Shown: positions 39,159-49,817 of the stretch, piece after piece
How the letters are laid out: each line of letters begins with the position of its first letter
How positions within the stretch are numbered: the stretch's first letter is position 1
DNA from: Alphaproteobacteria bacterium
Lineage (GTDB): Bacteria > Pseudomonadota > Alphaproteobacteria > GCA-2731375
NCBI GenBank assembly: GCA_965232515.1
Contig: CBDDPY010000002.1
Location: 7,104,001-7,168,000, forward strand
Length of the DNA stretch: 64,000 nucleotides
Reading direction: 5' to 3'
Notes under the pieces: model-generated
The model's input: the letters and a program-made list of their open reading frames with translations, nothing else
Told to the model about the DNA's origin: nothing
Databases searched by the model: none
Made by a program: the position numbers and the translations under genes

Positions 39159-40265
39159 GTGCGTTGTGATAACTTGGTTGCCGGCGGCGTTGCCCGCGAT
39201 TTGAAACATGGAGACCAGTTCAGTTTGGACGATCAGCCGGCAGACCCCAATGAGGCGAACGCTTCACCGGCACGGCCCGTTCGGATGGCTTCGGATCTCA
39301 ACAAGGAGCTTCGAATTCGGGCCGCGTGGATTTACTACATCGAAGGTCACACGCAAAACGAGGTCGCGAATGCGCTTGGCGTAAACCGGGTAACCGTTAC
39401 CCGGCTGCTGTCCGAAGCGCGCAGTCGCGGTGAAGTTTCCATCCGGGTGAGATCCGAGCTCGAGCCGGTGATCTCGTTGGAACGGCGTCTTGAGCGGAAA
39501 TTCGGCCTGAAGCGCGCGGTCGTTTCCCCGTTCATGGATGCCGAAGCCGATCCCATTCGCGCAATCGCGGCCGCCGCCGGCCCCTATATCTCGCGAGTCA
39601 TTGAGCCGAACATGACGATCGGCGTGGGCTGGGGCAGAACGCTGCATGCGACATTGGGTTTCCTGGAAGGACGCCGCGTCAAGAACCTGCGCGTGGTGTC
39701 GTTGCTCGGCGGCATCACGGAGGCGAAGCGGTTCAATCCGGCCGAATGCGCCTGGCAGTTCGCCGAACTGTTTGATGCCGAAGGCTTCCTGGTGCCGGCG
39801 CCGGCGATTGTCGACAGCCCCGAGACCAAACACGCCTTATTGGAGCGTTGCGGTTTGGACCAGGTGTTTCAGATCGCCGAGGCCAGCGATATCGCCATTA
39901 TCAGCTGCGGCGGCATTGGCGACCTGACGACGTCGTACCGCCTCGGTCACTTGACGGAGGCCGAGCGGCAGGCGCTGGAGGATGCCGGCGCTGTTGGCGA
40001 TGTGCTCTATAACTTCGTCGACGAGAATGGTGTGGTGATCGACCATCCGATCAATCGGCGCTGCGTCTCGATGGGCCTCGACCGCCTGCAGCGCGTGTCG
40101 AAACGTATTCTCGTCTCGGGCGGACCCGAGAAGAAGCAGATCATGCAGGCGTCGATCAAATGCCTGAGACCGACGGTGATCATCACCGACGAACAGACGG
40201 CTCACGGTTTGTTGGAAGACGATGCGCCTGCCGGCTCCAACGGCAGCATGGGAAGCTCCGCTTGA
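39159..40265 (+). CDS. SorC/DeoR/LsrR-family sugar-binding transcriptional regulator (start uncertain, possibly 39285)
   Basis: AAWIYYIEGHTQNEVA..NRVTVTRLL, IGVGWGRTL, GAVGD, IITDE. Confidence 0.9.
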   Translation: MRCDNLVAGGVARDLKHGDQFSLDDQPADPNEANASPARPVRMASDLNKELRIRAAWIYYIEGHTQNEVANALGVNRVTVTRLLSEARSRGEVSIRVRSELEPVISLERRLERKFGLKRAVVSPFMDAEADPIRAIAAAAGPYISRVIEPNMTIGVGWGRTLHATLGFLEGRRVKNLRVVSLLGGITEAKRFNPAECAWQFAELFDAEGFLVPAPAIVDSPETKHALLERCGLDQVFQIAEASDIAIISCGGIGDLTTSYRLGHLTEAERQALEDAGAVGDVLYNFVDENGVVIDHPINRRCVSMGLDRLQRVSKRILVSGGPEKKQIMQASIKCLRPTVIITDEQTAHGLLEDDAPAGSNGSMGSSA

Positions 40266-40376
40266 CGGCTCCAGCTTTGCTGATGGCTCATTGACGGCCT
40301 TCGCCGATCGCGATTTTCACGTCCCTCGACCCGAAGGGGATCTCGCCCTTCAAGATCGCGCCGCGTGACCGACAGG

Positions 40377-40820
40377 TCACTCGGCGGCAAGGACCGGGAT
40401 GTCGTCCGGCGCGGCGCGTTCGGCGTGTTTGAGGAGCGATTTTATGGTGATCGACTTCAGGGTTGCCTTGGCCATCTCGTCGATTTCGTCCCGTACGCTG
40501 CGCAAGGCGCCGGCAATGGGCGTCGAATCCCGCTCTTCGATGTCTGGAAAGACCAGTTCCGTTTCCAGCGGCTCGAACAGCTCGATGATGTCCCAGAGGG
40601 TGGTCCGCCTGACATTGCCGGAGAAACGATAGCCCCCGCCCGCGCCGCGCACCGACTGGGCGAGCCCGGCACGTACCAGGGCACGCATGACCTTGGCGAG
40701 ATGATGCGATGAGATGCCGTATTTGTCGGCGATATCCGCGGTCGATAGCTGTCGTTCCGGATCGCTCGCCAACTCCAGGACGGCATAAAGCGCAAACAGG
40801 CTGGATTTCTGAAGCTTCAT
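40377..40820 (-). CDS. Rrf2-family regulator, BadM-like
   Basis: MKLQKSSLFALYAVLELA, HHLAKV, SVRGAGGGY. Lies in a benzoyl-CoA cluster. Confidence 0.87.
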   Translation of the reverse strand: MKLQKSSLFALYAVLELASDPERQLSTADIADKYGISSHHLAKVMRALVRAGLAQSVRGAGGGYRFSGNVRRTTLWDIIELFEPLETELVFPDIEERDSTPIAGALRSVRDEIDEMAKATLKSITIKSLLKHAERAAPDDIPVLAAE

Positions 40821-40845
40821 CTGGCGTGCCGAATCCTTCACAGCG

Positions 40846-40869
40846 CGGAAATCTGGTACCTGAATACGA
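40846..40869. promoter_or_regulatory. 24-bp palindromic operator, degenerate copy upstream of the Rrf2 gene
   Basis: CGGAA-ATCTG-GTAC-CTGAA-TACGA. Confidence 0.55.
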
Positions 40870-40944
40870 TATTTAAGTCGTTCTCGCCATGCGTTCGTCA
40901 AGCGCGCAACCGCTTTGCCATCCACGAGGCAACCGCCGTTGCGG

Positions 40945-41400
40945 TCAGTCGAGCGGCCGTTCCAGCTCGATGAAGGCGCCGGCCGTCAGCCCCTGGCTGC
41001 GGAAAAACGACAGGTTGAGCGTGTCCCGGCGAGAAATCATCGTCCGGACGGTGTCGACGCCAGCCGCCTTGAAGCGACCGCAGATCTCGTCGAACAGTAG
41101 GCTGCCGATCCGCCGCTCCCGGGCGTCCGGCGAGACATTGACGGCGAAGACCCAGCCGCACGGCGGCGAACCGAATTCCCAGGCGCGGACCTCTCCGACG
41201 ATGAAGCCGACGACGGCACGATCGTGCTCGGCGATCAGCACGAACCGGTTCTCGCGGTGCGCTTCGACATAGCGCTGGAAGATATCGGCCCAATAGGCGG
41301 GCTTGGCCAGATCGGTCGCGCGCTCGTCGAGCGCCACGACCGCCGCGAGATCGGAAGCCGTCGCATCGCGGATTATCATTGTGGCAAGGTCAGGCGGCAT
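40945..41400 (-). CDS. GNAT acetyltransferase, BadL-like
   Basis: GEVRAWEFGSPPCGW, RERRIGS, FFRSQG. Confidence 0.87.
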   Translation of the reverse strand: MPPDLATMIIRDATASDLAAVVALDERATDLAKPAYWADIFQRYVEAHRENRFVLIAEHDRAVVGFIVGEVRAWEFGSPPCGWVFAVNVSPDARERRIGSLLFDEICGRFKAAGVDTVRTMISRRDTLNLSFFRSQGLTAGAFIELERPLD

Positions 41401-41481
41401 GAGAGATCAAGGTTGGCCAGCAGCATTGGTCCCGTCCCATCTTACCGCCGCTTCATCCAAATCCATCGGCATTCGTTGCCG

Positions 41482-41877
41482 TCAAACCGGGATGACCGCC
41501 GTCGCTTCCAATTCGATCTTGCCCGGTTCGTCCAGCAGGTCGGCGACGAAGATCATGCTCATGGCCGGGAAATGCTGACCCAGGAGGCGGCGCCAGATCC
41601 GTCCCAGCTCGGGCCGGGCGGCGAGATAGGCCGGCTTGTCGATACAATAGGCCGTCATCCGGCAGATCTGTTCCGGCGAGCCGCCCGCCTCGGCCAGCAC
41701 CGCCAGCACGTTCTTCAGCGCCTGCTCGAACTGCGGCGCCAGTTCCGCGCTCTCGAATTCCTGCGCCGCGTTCCAGCCGACCTGTCCGGCGATAAAGACG
41801 ATACGTCCCGCCGGCACCGCGATCCCATTGCTGTAGCCGACGGGTGCTTTCCAGCCCTCGGGCATCAGGATCGTCAT
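41482..41877 (-). CDS. RidA/YjgF family protein
   Basis: GYSNG, FIAGQVGW, FPAMS, IELEATA. Confidence 0.9.
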   Translation of the reverse strand: MTILMPEGWKAPVGYSNGIAVPAGRIVFIAGQVGWNAAQEFESAELAPQFEQALKNVLAVLAEAGGSPEQICRMTAYCIDKPAYLAARPELGRIWRRLLGQHFPAMSMIFVADLLDEPGKIELEATAVIPV

Positions 41878-41902
41878 GCGCGCATTCCTCCTCGTCTGGC
41901 CG

Positions 41903-42427
41903 TCACTGCGGCACGGATGCGTCCCAATCGTCGCGTGGCACCTCCGTTGTGGCCGGGTACTTGTCGAGCCATGCGTCCATCAGGCGAACGTGCGCGCGTT
42001 CTTCTTCGGCGAAGTCGAACGCCAATTGCTTCAGCGGCCCGCTATCTGCCTCCGCGGCGATCGTTTCGTAGAACTTGAGCGCCCGCTCCTCGTTGTGGCG
42101 GGCGAGGCGTAAGGCCTGACGCGGCGTCAGGAGGTAGTCGATGTCCTCGAGCATCGTGGTTTCGGGGCCTTCGGGGTCCAGCCAGCTGTAGCTCCACGGC
42201 GCCCGATGCGGGATCGAGGTGTCGCCGGACCGGTCGACGATTTGGTTCGCATGGTTCGCCTCGATATCGGCCATCTTGGCGAACAGGTCGGCGACCGTCG
42301 GATTGTTGTGTTCGCGCATCTGGTCGGCCAGTTCGCGGTACCTCTCCGCGGCCTCGCGTTCCATTTCGTAGGCGTGGGCGATCAGATCGTCGACATTGCC
42401 GATATCAGGCGACTGTTGTGTGGTCAT
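41903..42427 (-). CDS. Rubrerythrin/ferritin-like di-iron protein
   Basis: E..A..RY, EANH and EEERAH carboxylate/His motifs. Confidence 0.85.
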   Translation of the reverse strand: MTTQQSPDIGNVDDLIAHAYEMEREAAERYRELADQMREHNNPTVADLFAKMADIEANHANQIVDRSGDTSIPHRAPWSYSWLDPEGPETTMLEDIDYLLTPRQALRLARHNEERALKFYETIAAEADSGPLKQLAFDFAEEERAHVRLMDAWLDKYPATTEVPRDDWDASVPQ

Positions 42428-43257
42428 GGCAGAAAGTCCGCATCGAAGCCGTCGGGCTCGCATACCGGCTCGACGCGCGCCGCGCCGTATGGCGACCGGT
42501 CGCCGCGGAACAGGATGCCGATATTGAAACCGTCATCGGTCAGCACGCGCCGGGCGGCGCGGGCCCGGTCCGCGGTTTCCTGCACCGGCGCTGGGTGAAC
42601 CCGATTGCGCCAGTCGCGCTCCTCCGGCCGGAAGGTAACGCAGGGGCTCAGCACCTCGATCAACGAGAACCCGGGATGATTGATGGCTTCGACGATCAGC
42701 CGTGCCGTGCCGTTGCTGTCGCCCGAGAAACCACGGGCGACGAAGTTGGCGCCCGCGGCGAGCGCGATCACCAGCGGGTGGAACGGGCGCACGCCCGTGC
42801 CGCCCGGCATCATGGCGCTGTCCCACTCGGGATCGGTGGTCGGCGAGGGCTGGCCCTTGGTCATGCCGTAGACCTGGTTGTCCATGACGATGTAGGTGAG
42901 GTCGACGTTGCGCCTGCAGGCATGCAGGAAATGATTGCCGCCGATGGAATAGCCGTCGCCGTCGCCGCCGGCGACGATCACCGTAAGTTCCGGCCGGGCC
43001 AGCTTTACGCCGGTGGCCAGCGGCAGCGCGCGGCCGTGGACGCCGTGAAAGCCGTAGCAGGCGAGATAGGCCGGAATGCGCGACGAGCAGCCGATGCCGG
43101 AAACGACGACGATCTCCTCCGGCGGACGGCCGAGGGTCGCCAGGCCCTTGGTGACCGCGCTCAAGACGGTGAAGTCGCCGCAGCCCGGACACCAGACGGG
43201 CTTGACGTCGGACTTGAATTCGGCGGGCGTCCATTCGCAGGCGGTCGCGACGCTCAT
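42424..43257 (-). CDS. korB: 2-oxoacid:ferredoxin oxidoreductase beta subunit
   Basis: WCPGCGDF, SGIGCSSR, GGDGDG, YGMTKGQPSPT. Confidence 0.92.
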   Translation of the reverse strand: MSVATACEWTPAEFKSDVKPVWCPGCGDFTVLSAVTKGLATLGRPPEEIVVVSGIGCSSRIPAYLACYGFHGVHGRALPLATGVKLARPELTVIVAGGDGDGYSIGGNHFLHACRRNVDLTYIVMDNQVYGMTKGQPSPTTDPEWDSAMMPGGTGVRPFHPLVIALAAGANFVARGFSGDSNGTARLIVEAINHPGFSLIEVLSPCVTFRPEERDWRNRVHPAPVQETADRARAARRVLTDDGFNIGILFRGDRSPYGAARVEPVCEPDGFDADFLP

Positions 43258-44999
43258 TGCAGCCAGGCCTCCAGGTCGCGATGAAGCATGTCGGGGCGGA
43301 TCGGCACCGGGCCCGGCGACGCAAGCGAATCGGCGTCCGGCGTGAGCCCGTAATGCGCTCTGAGATAAGCATGGAGCTGGGCGCCGTGGCTCTGCTCGAC
43401 GACGATCGTACGTTCGACGCCATCGAGCGCGGCGGCCAGCAGGTCGGGTTGGGCGGGCGCCAGCAGCCGCAGCGCAATGACGCGCAGGCGCGTCGCCTGG
43501 GGATCGAGCCGGCGCACGGCGGCCCGGACCGGACCGACGGAGGAGCCCCAGGTGATCACCGCCGCATCGCCGTTGCCGGTGGTTTCCGCCCAATGCTCGC
43601 CGTAGTCGAAGCCGACGACCTTGCGCAGGCGTTTATCGAGTTGCTGGGCATGGTCCGCGGCCGCACTTGACGGCAGGCCGTCGACGGCGTGTTCCAGTCC
43701 GTCGGCCGTGTATTGACCGCCGGCCGTCCCCGGCAGCGCCATCGGCGAGATGCCGGACTCCGTCACGGCATAGCGCTGGTAGCCGCCGTTCAACTTGTCG
43801 GCGATCTCTCTGTCGGTCGGAAACGACGTGCCGGACGGCGCATCGACCGCCGTCAGCGCCTGGCCCAGGGACTGGTCCGACAACACGATTGCCGGCACCT
43901 GCATGGTCTCGGCAAGATGCACCGACCATTGCGCGGTGAAGACGCAGTCGCGGATCGAGACCGGCGCGGTCACGATGTGCGGCGCGTCGCCGTGCAGACC
44001 GTAAACCGCAAGGTTGAGGTCGGTCTGCTCGGACCGCGTCGGAATGCCGGTCGACGGACCGCAGCGCATCACGTCAACCACCACCAGCGGCACCTCGGCG
44101 GCCACCGCCAGACCGATCGACTCGGTCATCAGGGCCAGTCCCGGCCCCGACGTCGCGGTCAGGGCCGGCGTCCCGGCATAGGACGCGCCAATGATCATGT
44201 TGATCGAGGCCAATTCGTCCTCGGCCTGCGCCAGCGACCCGCCAAGCTTCTGGATGCGGGGCGCCATCCACTCGAGAATCTCGGTCGCCGGCGTGATCGG
44301 ATAGGCGGCGACGAACCGCACCCCGCCGCGCAGGGCACCTAGCCCGATCCCCTGATTGCCGCTGATCACCCAGGGGTCGCCCTGGCGCGCGGGCGGACGG
44401 CCGAGTTTCGGCGTCGCCGGCAGGTCCTTGGCCGCCTCGGCGCCAAGCGCAAGCGCACGCAGGCCATTGGCGACGGCATCGGCATCTTTTCCCGCCAACC
44501 GCTGTTCCGCCGCCGTCTCGACGACCGCGGTCGGCAGGCCGATCGCGGCGGCGACGGCGCCGAGCGCGATCACATTTGCGCGCACGCCCTTTTTCTGCTT
44601 GGCGATCGCGGCGAGATCGATCGCCGCCGTCCGGCATCCGGCGGCCGCCAGTGCCGCGGGGACGTCCGCCGTCGGCGCGGGCGAGACGACGAGGCTGTCG
44701 GCGTCGAGCGGGATCTCGCCGGCGAAACGATCGGCGTTGAGCCAGTCGATGGCGACGACCAGGTCGAAGCGGTCGGCCTGCGCGTCGACCGGCGCATTGG
44801 AGATCACAATGAACGCGGCCGCTTCGCCGCCGCGGATCTGCGGGCCGAACGATTTCGTCAGGAGGGCGTAGTAGCCCGCCTTCGCCGCGCCCCGCAGCAG
44901 CAGTTCCGCCGCCGTCATCACGCCGGAACCGCCGCTGCCGAGCAGGGCCACGGCGATACTCTGTAGCGGCTCCTGGGATTTGGCGCGTGTCGCTGGCAT
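43254..44999 (-). CDS. korA: 2-oxoacid:ferredoxin oxidoreductase alpha subunit
   Basis: FGPQIRGGE, AAYPITPATE, QAEDE, ATSGPG, GPSTGIPT. Confidence 0.92.
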   Translation of the reverse strand: MPATRAKSQEPLQSIAVALLGSGGSGVMTAAELLLRGAAKAGYYALLTKSFGPQIRGGEAAAFIVISNAPVDAQADRFDLVVAIDWLNADRFAGEIPLDADSLVVSPAPTADVPAALAAAGCRTAAIDLAAIAKQKKGVRANVIALGAVAAAIGLPTAVVETAAEQRLAGKDADAVANGLRALALGAEAAKDLPATPKLGRPPARQGDPWVISGNQGIGLGALRGGVRFVAAYPITPATEILEWMAPRIQKLGGSLAQAEDELASINMIIGASYAGTPALTATSGPGLALMTESIGLAVAAEVPLVVVDVMRCGPSTGIPTRSEQTDLNLAVYGLHGDAPHIVTAPVSIRDCVFTAQWSVHLAETMQVPAIVLSDQSLGQALTAVDAPSGTSFPTDREIADKLNGGYQRYAVTESGISPMALPGTAGGQYTADGLEHAVDGLPSSAAADHAQQLDKRLRKVVGFDYGEHWAETTGNGDAAVITWGSSVGPVRAAVRRLDPQATRLRVIALRLLAPAQPDLLAAALDGVERTIVVEQSHGAQLHAYLRAHYGLTPDADSLASPGPVPIRPDMLHRDLEAWLQ

Positions 45000-45083
45000 C
45001 GAATTCGGGCCCACTCACCGTCGTTCGGTGAACCGACGTTCCGCCGGCTCGTTTCGGGAGATCATCCCCGCTTGCATCTAAAA

Positions 45084-45107
45084 TCGTAATTTGGTACTCT
45101 AATACGA
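45084..45107. promoter_or_regulatory. 24-bp palindromic operator between the divergent kor and dch-bcr operons
   Basis: TCGTA-ATTTG-GTAC-TCTAA-TACGA. Confidence 0.75.
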
Positions 45108-45257
45108 AATTAAATGAAAAAGGCACTTTCGTCAAGCCTGCGAACATGCCGAACCGAGGCCGGAAGCCGGGGACGAGATGACGCGAATAGCAACGGTAGG
45201 GCCAACAACAGCAGACCGCTCATTGTCGGCGGCGGCGCCTCGTCAAGGCGCGAGCGC

Positions 45258-46028
45258 ATGAGCCGGCCGCCGCTGACGGTCTGGGTCGAGCGCGACGGCG
45301 CGCTTTTGCGGCTGCGGCTGGCGCGGCCCAAGGCAAACATCATCGATGCGGCCATGATCGCGGCCATCGACCAGGCACTGGCGACGTATCTCGACAACGG
45401 CGATCTGCGCGCCGTGCTGATCGACGCGGAGGGGCCGCATTTCAGTTTCGGCGCCAGTGTCGAGGAGCATCTGCCGGCGCAATGCGCCGAGATGCTGGCG
45501 GCATTGCATGGCTTGATCGGCCGGATGGTCGCATCGCCGGTGCCGTTGCTTGTGGCGGTGACGGGGCAATGCCTTGGCGGCGGTCTGGAACTCGCCGCCG
45601 CGGGCCATCTGATTTTCGCCGGGCGCGATGCCATGTTCGGACAACCGGAGATCAGGATCGGCGTTTTCGCGCCGGCCGCTTCCGTGCTGCTGCCCGAGCG
45701 TATCGGCCGCATGCGGGCGGAAGCGCTGTTGTTGTCCGGCGGCAGTATCGATGCGGACACGGCCGAGCGATACGGCCTGGCCATCGGCGTCTCGGACGAT
45801 CCGGCGGCCGCGGCGCTGGAATTCTTCGACCGCGACCTTGCCGGCAAGAGCGCCAGTTCCCTGCGCTTTGCCGTGCGCGCGGCGCGAGAAGCCTTCGCTG
45901 CGGAGGTCCGCACGCGCCTGCAAGCGGTCGAGGCGCTCTACCTCGATGAACTGATGCAAACCCGGGACGCCGTGGAAGGCCTGGACGCGTTCCTGGCCAA
46001 ACGTCCCGCACGCTGGGAGAACTGCTGA
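45258..46028 (+). CDS. dch: Cyclohexa-1,5-dienecarbonyl-CoA hydratase
   Basis: LRLARPKANIIDAAM, HFSFGASVEEH, CLGGGLE, GVFAPAAS. Adjacent to bcr. Confidence 0.9.
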   Translation: MSRPPLTVWVERDGALLRLRLARPKANIIDAAMIAAIDQALATYLDNGDLRAVLIDAEGPHFSFGASVEEHLPAQCAEMLAALHGLIGRMVASPVPLLVAVTGQCLGGGLELAAAGHLIFAGRDAMFGQPEIRIGVFAPAASVLLPERIGRMRAEALLLSGGSIDADTAERYGLAIGVSDDPAAAALEFFDRDLAGKSASSLRFAVRAAREAFAAEVRTRLQAVEALYLDELMQTRDAVEGLDAFLAKRPARWENC

Positions 46029-46029
46029 C

Positions 46030-47193
46030 ATGTCGACAGCGGACATCGTCGCGCGCTGTCAGGCGCTCTATGACGACCTCGACTTCACCGCGGTGAAGGA
46101 CTGGAAGGCCGCGGCGCCAGACCGCAAGGTGGTCGGTTACATGCCGGTCTACGTGCCGCGCGAGTTGATCCATGCCGCCGGCATGCTGCCCGTCGGCATC
46201 CTCGGCGGCGGCGACCAGCTCGAAGTGATCCACGGCGACGCGTACTATCAGAGCTACATCTGCCGCATCCCGCGCTCGACCATCGAGCTCGGCGTCACCG
46301 GTCGGCTGGATGTGCTCGACGGCGTGTTGTTCCCCAGCATCTGCGACGTGATCCGCAACCTGTCGGGCATGTGGCAGATGATGTTCAAGGACAAGTATGT
46401 CCGCTATTTCGACGTGCCCCAGAATTACGAGGACACCGTCGGCGGGCGTTTCTACGTGCACGAGCTGGAGATCCTGCGCGACGACCTGGCCGGGCTTGCC
46501 GGCCGCGAGATCACGGATGACGATCTGCGCCGCTCCATCGCGGTCTACAACGCCAACCGCGCGGCGATCCGGAAGCTCTACGACTTCCGCGCGGCGAAGC
46601 CCTGGCTGGCGCCGACCGCGGAGGTCTACCTGCTGGTGCGCGCCGGCATGGTGCTGCCCGTCGAGGAGCATACGCAACTGATCGACGACTATCTGGTCGC
46701 CGCCGCGGAAGAAGACCGGCCGATGCGCGATAATTGCCGGATCGTGCTGAACGGTGTGTTCTGCGAGCAGCCGCCGCTGGGTCTGATCAAGTCGATCGAG
46801 ATGGCCGGGTGCTACATCGTCGACGACGATTTCATGCTGGTGACCCGGTGGTTGCTGGACGAGGTGCCCACCGACGGCGATCCGCTGCGGAACCTGTCGG
46901 ACGGGTTCCTGCATCACTCCGCGTCCACCGCCGCGAAATACGAAGCCCGACGCGAGGACAAGGGGCGCTTCCTGCTCGATTCCGTGCGCAAGAGCGCGGC
47001 GGAGGGCGTGATCTTCGCCGCGCCGAGCTTCTGCGACCCGGCGCTGTTGGAGCGCCCGATGCAGCAGCGTGCGTTGCTGAACGAAGACGTGCCCTACACG
47101 GCGTTCAAATACGCCGAAAACTCCGGCCAGATGCAGCCGATCCGAGAGCAGGCCGGAACCTTCGCCGATTCCATCAAGCTTTGGAGCGCCTGA
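46030..47193 (+). CDS. bcrC: Benzoyl-CoA reductase subunit C
   Basis: HGDAYYQSYICRIPRS, PSICDVIRN, PSFCDPAL. Confidence 0.93.
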   Translation: MSTADIVARCQALYDDLDFTAVKDWKAAAPDRKVVGYMPVYVPRELIHAAGMLPVGILGGGDQLEVIHGDAYYQSYICRIPRSTIELGVTGRLDVLDGVLFPSICDVIRNLSGMWQMMFKDKYVRYFDVPQNYEDTVGGRFYVHELEILRDDLAGLAGREITDDDLRRSIAVYNANRAAIRKLYDFRAAKPWLAPTAEVYLLVRAGMVLPVEEHTQLIDDYLVAAAEEDRPMRDNCRIVLNGVFCEQPPLGLIKSIEMAGCYIVDDDFMLVTRWLLDEVPTDGDPLRNLSDGFLHHSASTAAKYEARREDKGRFLLDSVRKSAAEGVIFAAPSFCDPALLERPMQQRALLNEDVPYTAFKYAENSGQMQPIREQAGTFADSIKLWSA

Positions 47194-48488
47194 TGCCCAG
47201 CCCCAGCAAAGACCAGCCTGCCGTGCAGAAGGAAGATTCGATGCTGCGGCAGAAGCGCATGATCAACGCCAACTACGCGGCCCTGGCGAGCGCCCATGAG
47301 GACGGCAAGAAAGTCGTCTCGACCTTCGTGCCGGGCAATCTCAATGAGCTGCTGATGTGTTTCGATCTCGTGCGTAACCTGCCCGAGACCAACGCCCTGC
47401 AGAACGGCCTGCGCAAGAAGAGCGGCCGCATGATCATGGAGGCCGAGCGCGGCGGCCATTCCGAAGACGTCTGCACCTATGTGAAGGCCGATATCGGCAT
47501 GATGATGCAGGGCAATGTGGGGCCGACCGGCGAGCCGCTGCCGACGCCCGACCTGCTGCTGCTGTCCTATACCGGCTGCTTCACCTTCATGAAGTGGTTC
47601 GAGCTGGTCCGCGACCAGTACGACTGCGAGACCGCCATGCTGCATGTGCCGTATCAGGGCGACGGCGCGATCACCGACAACATGCGGGACTATGTGGTCA
47701 AGCAGCTCAAAGACGACGTGATCCCGACGCTGGAGCGCGTCAGCGGGGTCAAGTTCGACATCGACCGTCTGCGGCAATACCTCGCCGAGTCGGCGAAGGC
47801 TGAGCAGTATCTGGTCCAGGTGCTGCAGTCGGCCAAGCGCACGCCATCGCCGATCGATGCCTATTTCGGCGGCGTCTATTATATCGGGCCGATCTTTACC
47901 GCCTTCCGCGGCACCGAGGACGCCACCGCCTACTACAAGGTCCTCTGGCAGGAGATCGAGGAGCGTATCGCCCAGGGCAAGGGGCCGATCACGCCCGAAG
48001 GCGAGCTCGACGAGGAGCGATATCGTCTCGTCGTCGAGGGGCCGCCCAACTGGACGAGCTTCCGCGACTTCTGGAAGATGTTCTACGACGAGGGCGCGGT
48101 GGTGGTGGCCAGCACCTACACCAAGGTCGGCGGCGTCTACGACTTCGGCTTCCGGCACGATCCGGCGCGGCCGCTGGAGTCGCTGGCCGATTACTGCCTC
48201 GGTTGCTACACCAATCTCAACCTGCCCACCCGGGTCGACATGCTGTGCCGCTACATCGAGGACTATCAGGCCGACGGCCTGCTGGTGAACTCGATCAAGA
48301 GCTGCAACAGCTTTTCGGCCGGCCAGCTGCTGATGCTGCGCGAGGTCGAGGCGCGCACGGGCAAGCCCGCCGCCTTCATCGAGACCGACCTGGTCGACCC
48401 GAGATACTTCTCCGCCGCCAACGTGAAAAACCGGCTGGAGAGCTATTTCCAGATGATCCAGCAGAAACGCACGCGACCGGCGGCGTGA
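47193..48488 (+). CDS. bcrB: Benzoyl-CoA reductase subunit B
   Basis: [39 protein letters not shown]. Confidence 0.93.
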   Translation: MPSPSKDQPAVQKEDSMLRQKRMINANYAALASAHEDGKKVVSTFVPGNLNELLMCFDLVRNLPETNALQNGLRKKSGRMIMEAERGGHSEDVCTYVKADIGMMMQGNVGPTGEPLPTPDLLLLSYTGCFTFMKWFELVRDQYDCETAMLHVPYQGDGAITDNMRDYVVKQLKDDVIPTLERVSGVKFDIDRLRQYLAESAKAEQYLVQVLQSAKRTPSPIDAYFGGVYYIGPIFTAFRGTEDATAYYKVLWQEIEERIAQGKGPITPEGELDEERYRLVVEGPPNWTSFRDFWKMFYDEGAVVVASTYTKVGGVYDFGFRHDPARPLESLADYCLGCYTNLNLPTRVDMLCRYIEDYQADGLLVNSIKSCNSFSAGQLLMLREVEARTGKPAAFIETDLVDPRYFSAANVKNRLESYFQMIQQKRTRPAA

Positions 48489-48502
48489 GGGGAGGGGCGA
48501 TC

Positions 48503-49816
48503 ATGCGCTGCTTCATCGGCATCGACCTCGGTTCCACCACCACCAAGGCCGTCGTCCTCGACGAGCAACTGGAGGTGCTGGGCCAGGGCATTACCAATTC
48601 ACGCTCGAACTACGACATCGCGGCGGAAGTGGCGAAGCAGGAAGCGCTGGTGAACGCGCGCTTCCACCTGTTCCGCCGTTCGCTGGACGGGATCCCGGCC
48701 CTGTCGCAGCGGCTCGACGAGTTCCTGCTGCAGCTCGAGCTCGATTTCCGCCTGGAGCAGTTTCTGGAGCAGCTCGCCGACCTGCGGGAGACCTGTCTCG
48801 CCAACGCGTCGGCGGAGCGGTTCAAGACACTGGCCGCGCCCCTGCAGGACGTGCTGCGCGAGATATTCGGCCGGCTGATAGAAGAGGCGCCGGAGCTGTT
48901 CCGACCGGGCGTCAAGCGGAAGTCGGATTTCTTTCGAGACATCGCCGGCTCGCGCTATCTCGCCGTCGGCGAGGAGATCGCCAAGACGGCGAAGCTGCCG
49001 TTCGACACGGTGCTCAACGTCTACGACCGCTCGATCATCGACGTCGAGAACCGCGTCTATACCGACGGCGTCAGCGCCAAACTGCTGAAGGCGCTGGACC
49101 GCACCCTTGTCGTCCTGCCCGACCTCAGCGCCGCCGGCACTGCCGTGCGCGCGGCCGTCGAAGATGTGCTGATGCTGGAGCTGGAGGAAGCCTACGTGGT
49201 CGGCACCGGCTACGGCCGCGCCCGCCTGCCGTTCTCCAAGGAACACATCCGTTCGGAAATTCTCTGTCACGGACTCGGTGCCCATGTGATGTATCCGGAC
49301 ACCCGGACCGTGCTCGATATCGGCGGCCAGGACACCAAGGCGATCCAGGTCGATCCCGACGGCATCGTCGAGAACTTCCAGATGAACGACCGCTGCGCCG
49401 CCGGCTGCGGGCGCTATCTCGGCTACATCGCCGACGAGATGAATGTCGGCCTGCACGAGCTCGGGCCGATGGCGATGGGGGCGACGCGCACGGTCCGGAT
49501 CAATTCCACCTGCACCGTGTTCGCCGGCGCCGAATTGCGCGACCGGCTGGCGCTGGGCGAAAAGCGCGAGGACGTCCTGGCCGGCCTGCACCGCGCCATC
49601 ATTCTTCGCGCCATGTCGATCCTGTCGCGCTCCGGCGGCATCCGCGACCAGTTCACCTTCACCGGCGGCGTCGCCAACAACGAGGCCGCCGTGAAAGCTC
49701 TCGACCTGCTGGTGCGGGAAAACTACGGCGACGTCACGATCAATATCGATCCGGCGTCGATCTTCACCGGCGCGCTTGGCGCCGCAACGTTCGCCCATCG
49801 GGCGATGGAGCACTGA
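48503..49816 (+). CDS. bcrA: Benzoyl-CoA reductase subunit A
   Basis: [34 protein letters not shown]. Confidence 0.93.
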   Translation: MRCFIGIDLGSTTTKAVVLDEQLEVLGQGITNSRSNYDIAAEVAKQEALVNARFHLFRRSLDGIPALSQRLDEFLLQLELDFRLEQFLEQLADLRETCLANASAERFKTLAAPLQDVLREIFGRLIEEAPELFRPGVKRKSDFFRDIAGSRYLAVGEEIAKTAKLPFDTVLNVYDRSIIDVENRVYTDGVSAKLLKALDRTLVVLPDLSAAGTAVRAAVEDVLMLELEEAYVVGTGYGRARLPFSKEHIRSEILCHGLGAHVMYPDTRTVLDIGGQDTKAIQVDPDGIVENFQMNDRCAAGCGRYLGYIADEMNVGLHELGPMAMGATRTVRINSTCTVFAGAELRDRLALGEKREDVLAGLHRAIILRAMSILSRSGGIRDQFTFTGGVANNEAAVKALDLLVRENYGDVTINIDPASIFTGALGAATFAHRAMEH

Positions 49817-49817
49817 G

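Noticed and set aside
27100-40376. Sugar cluster as a mobile island
   Set aside because: No integrase, transposase, tRNA or flanking direct repeats were seen. A compositional shift could not be measured by eye.
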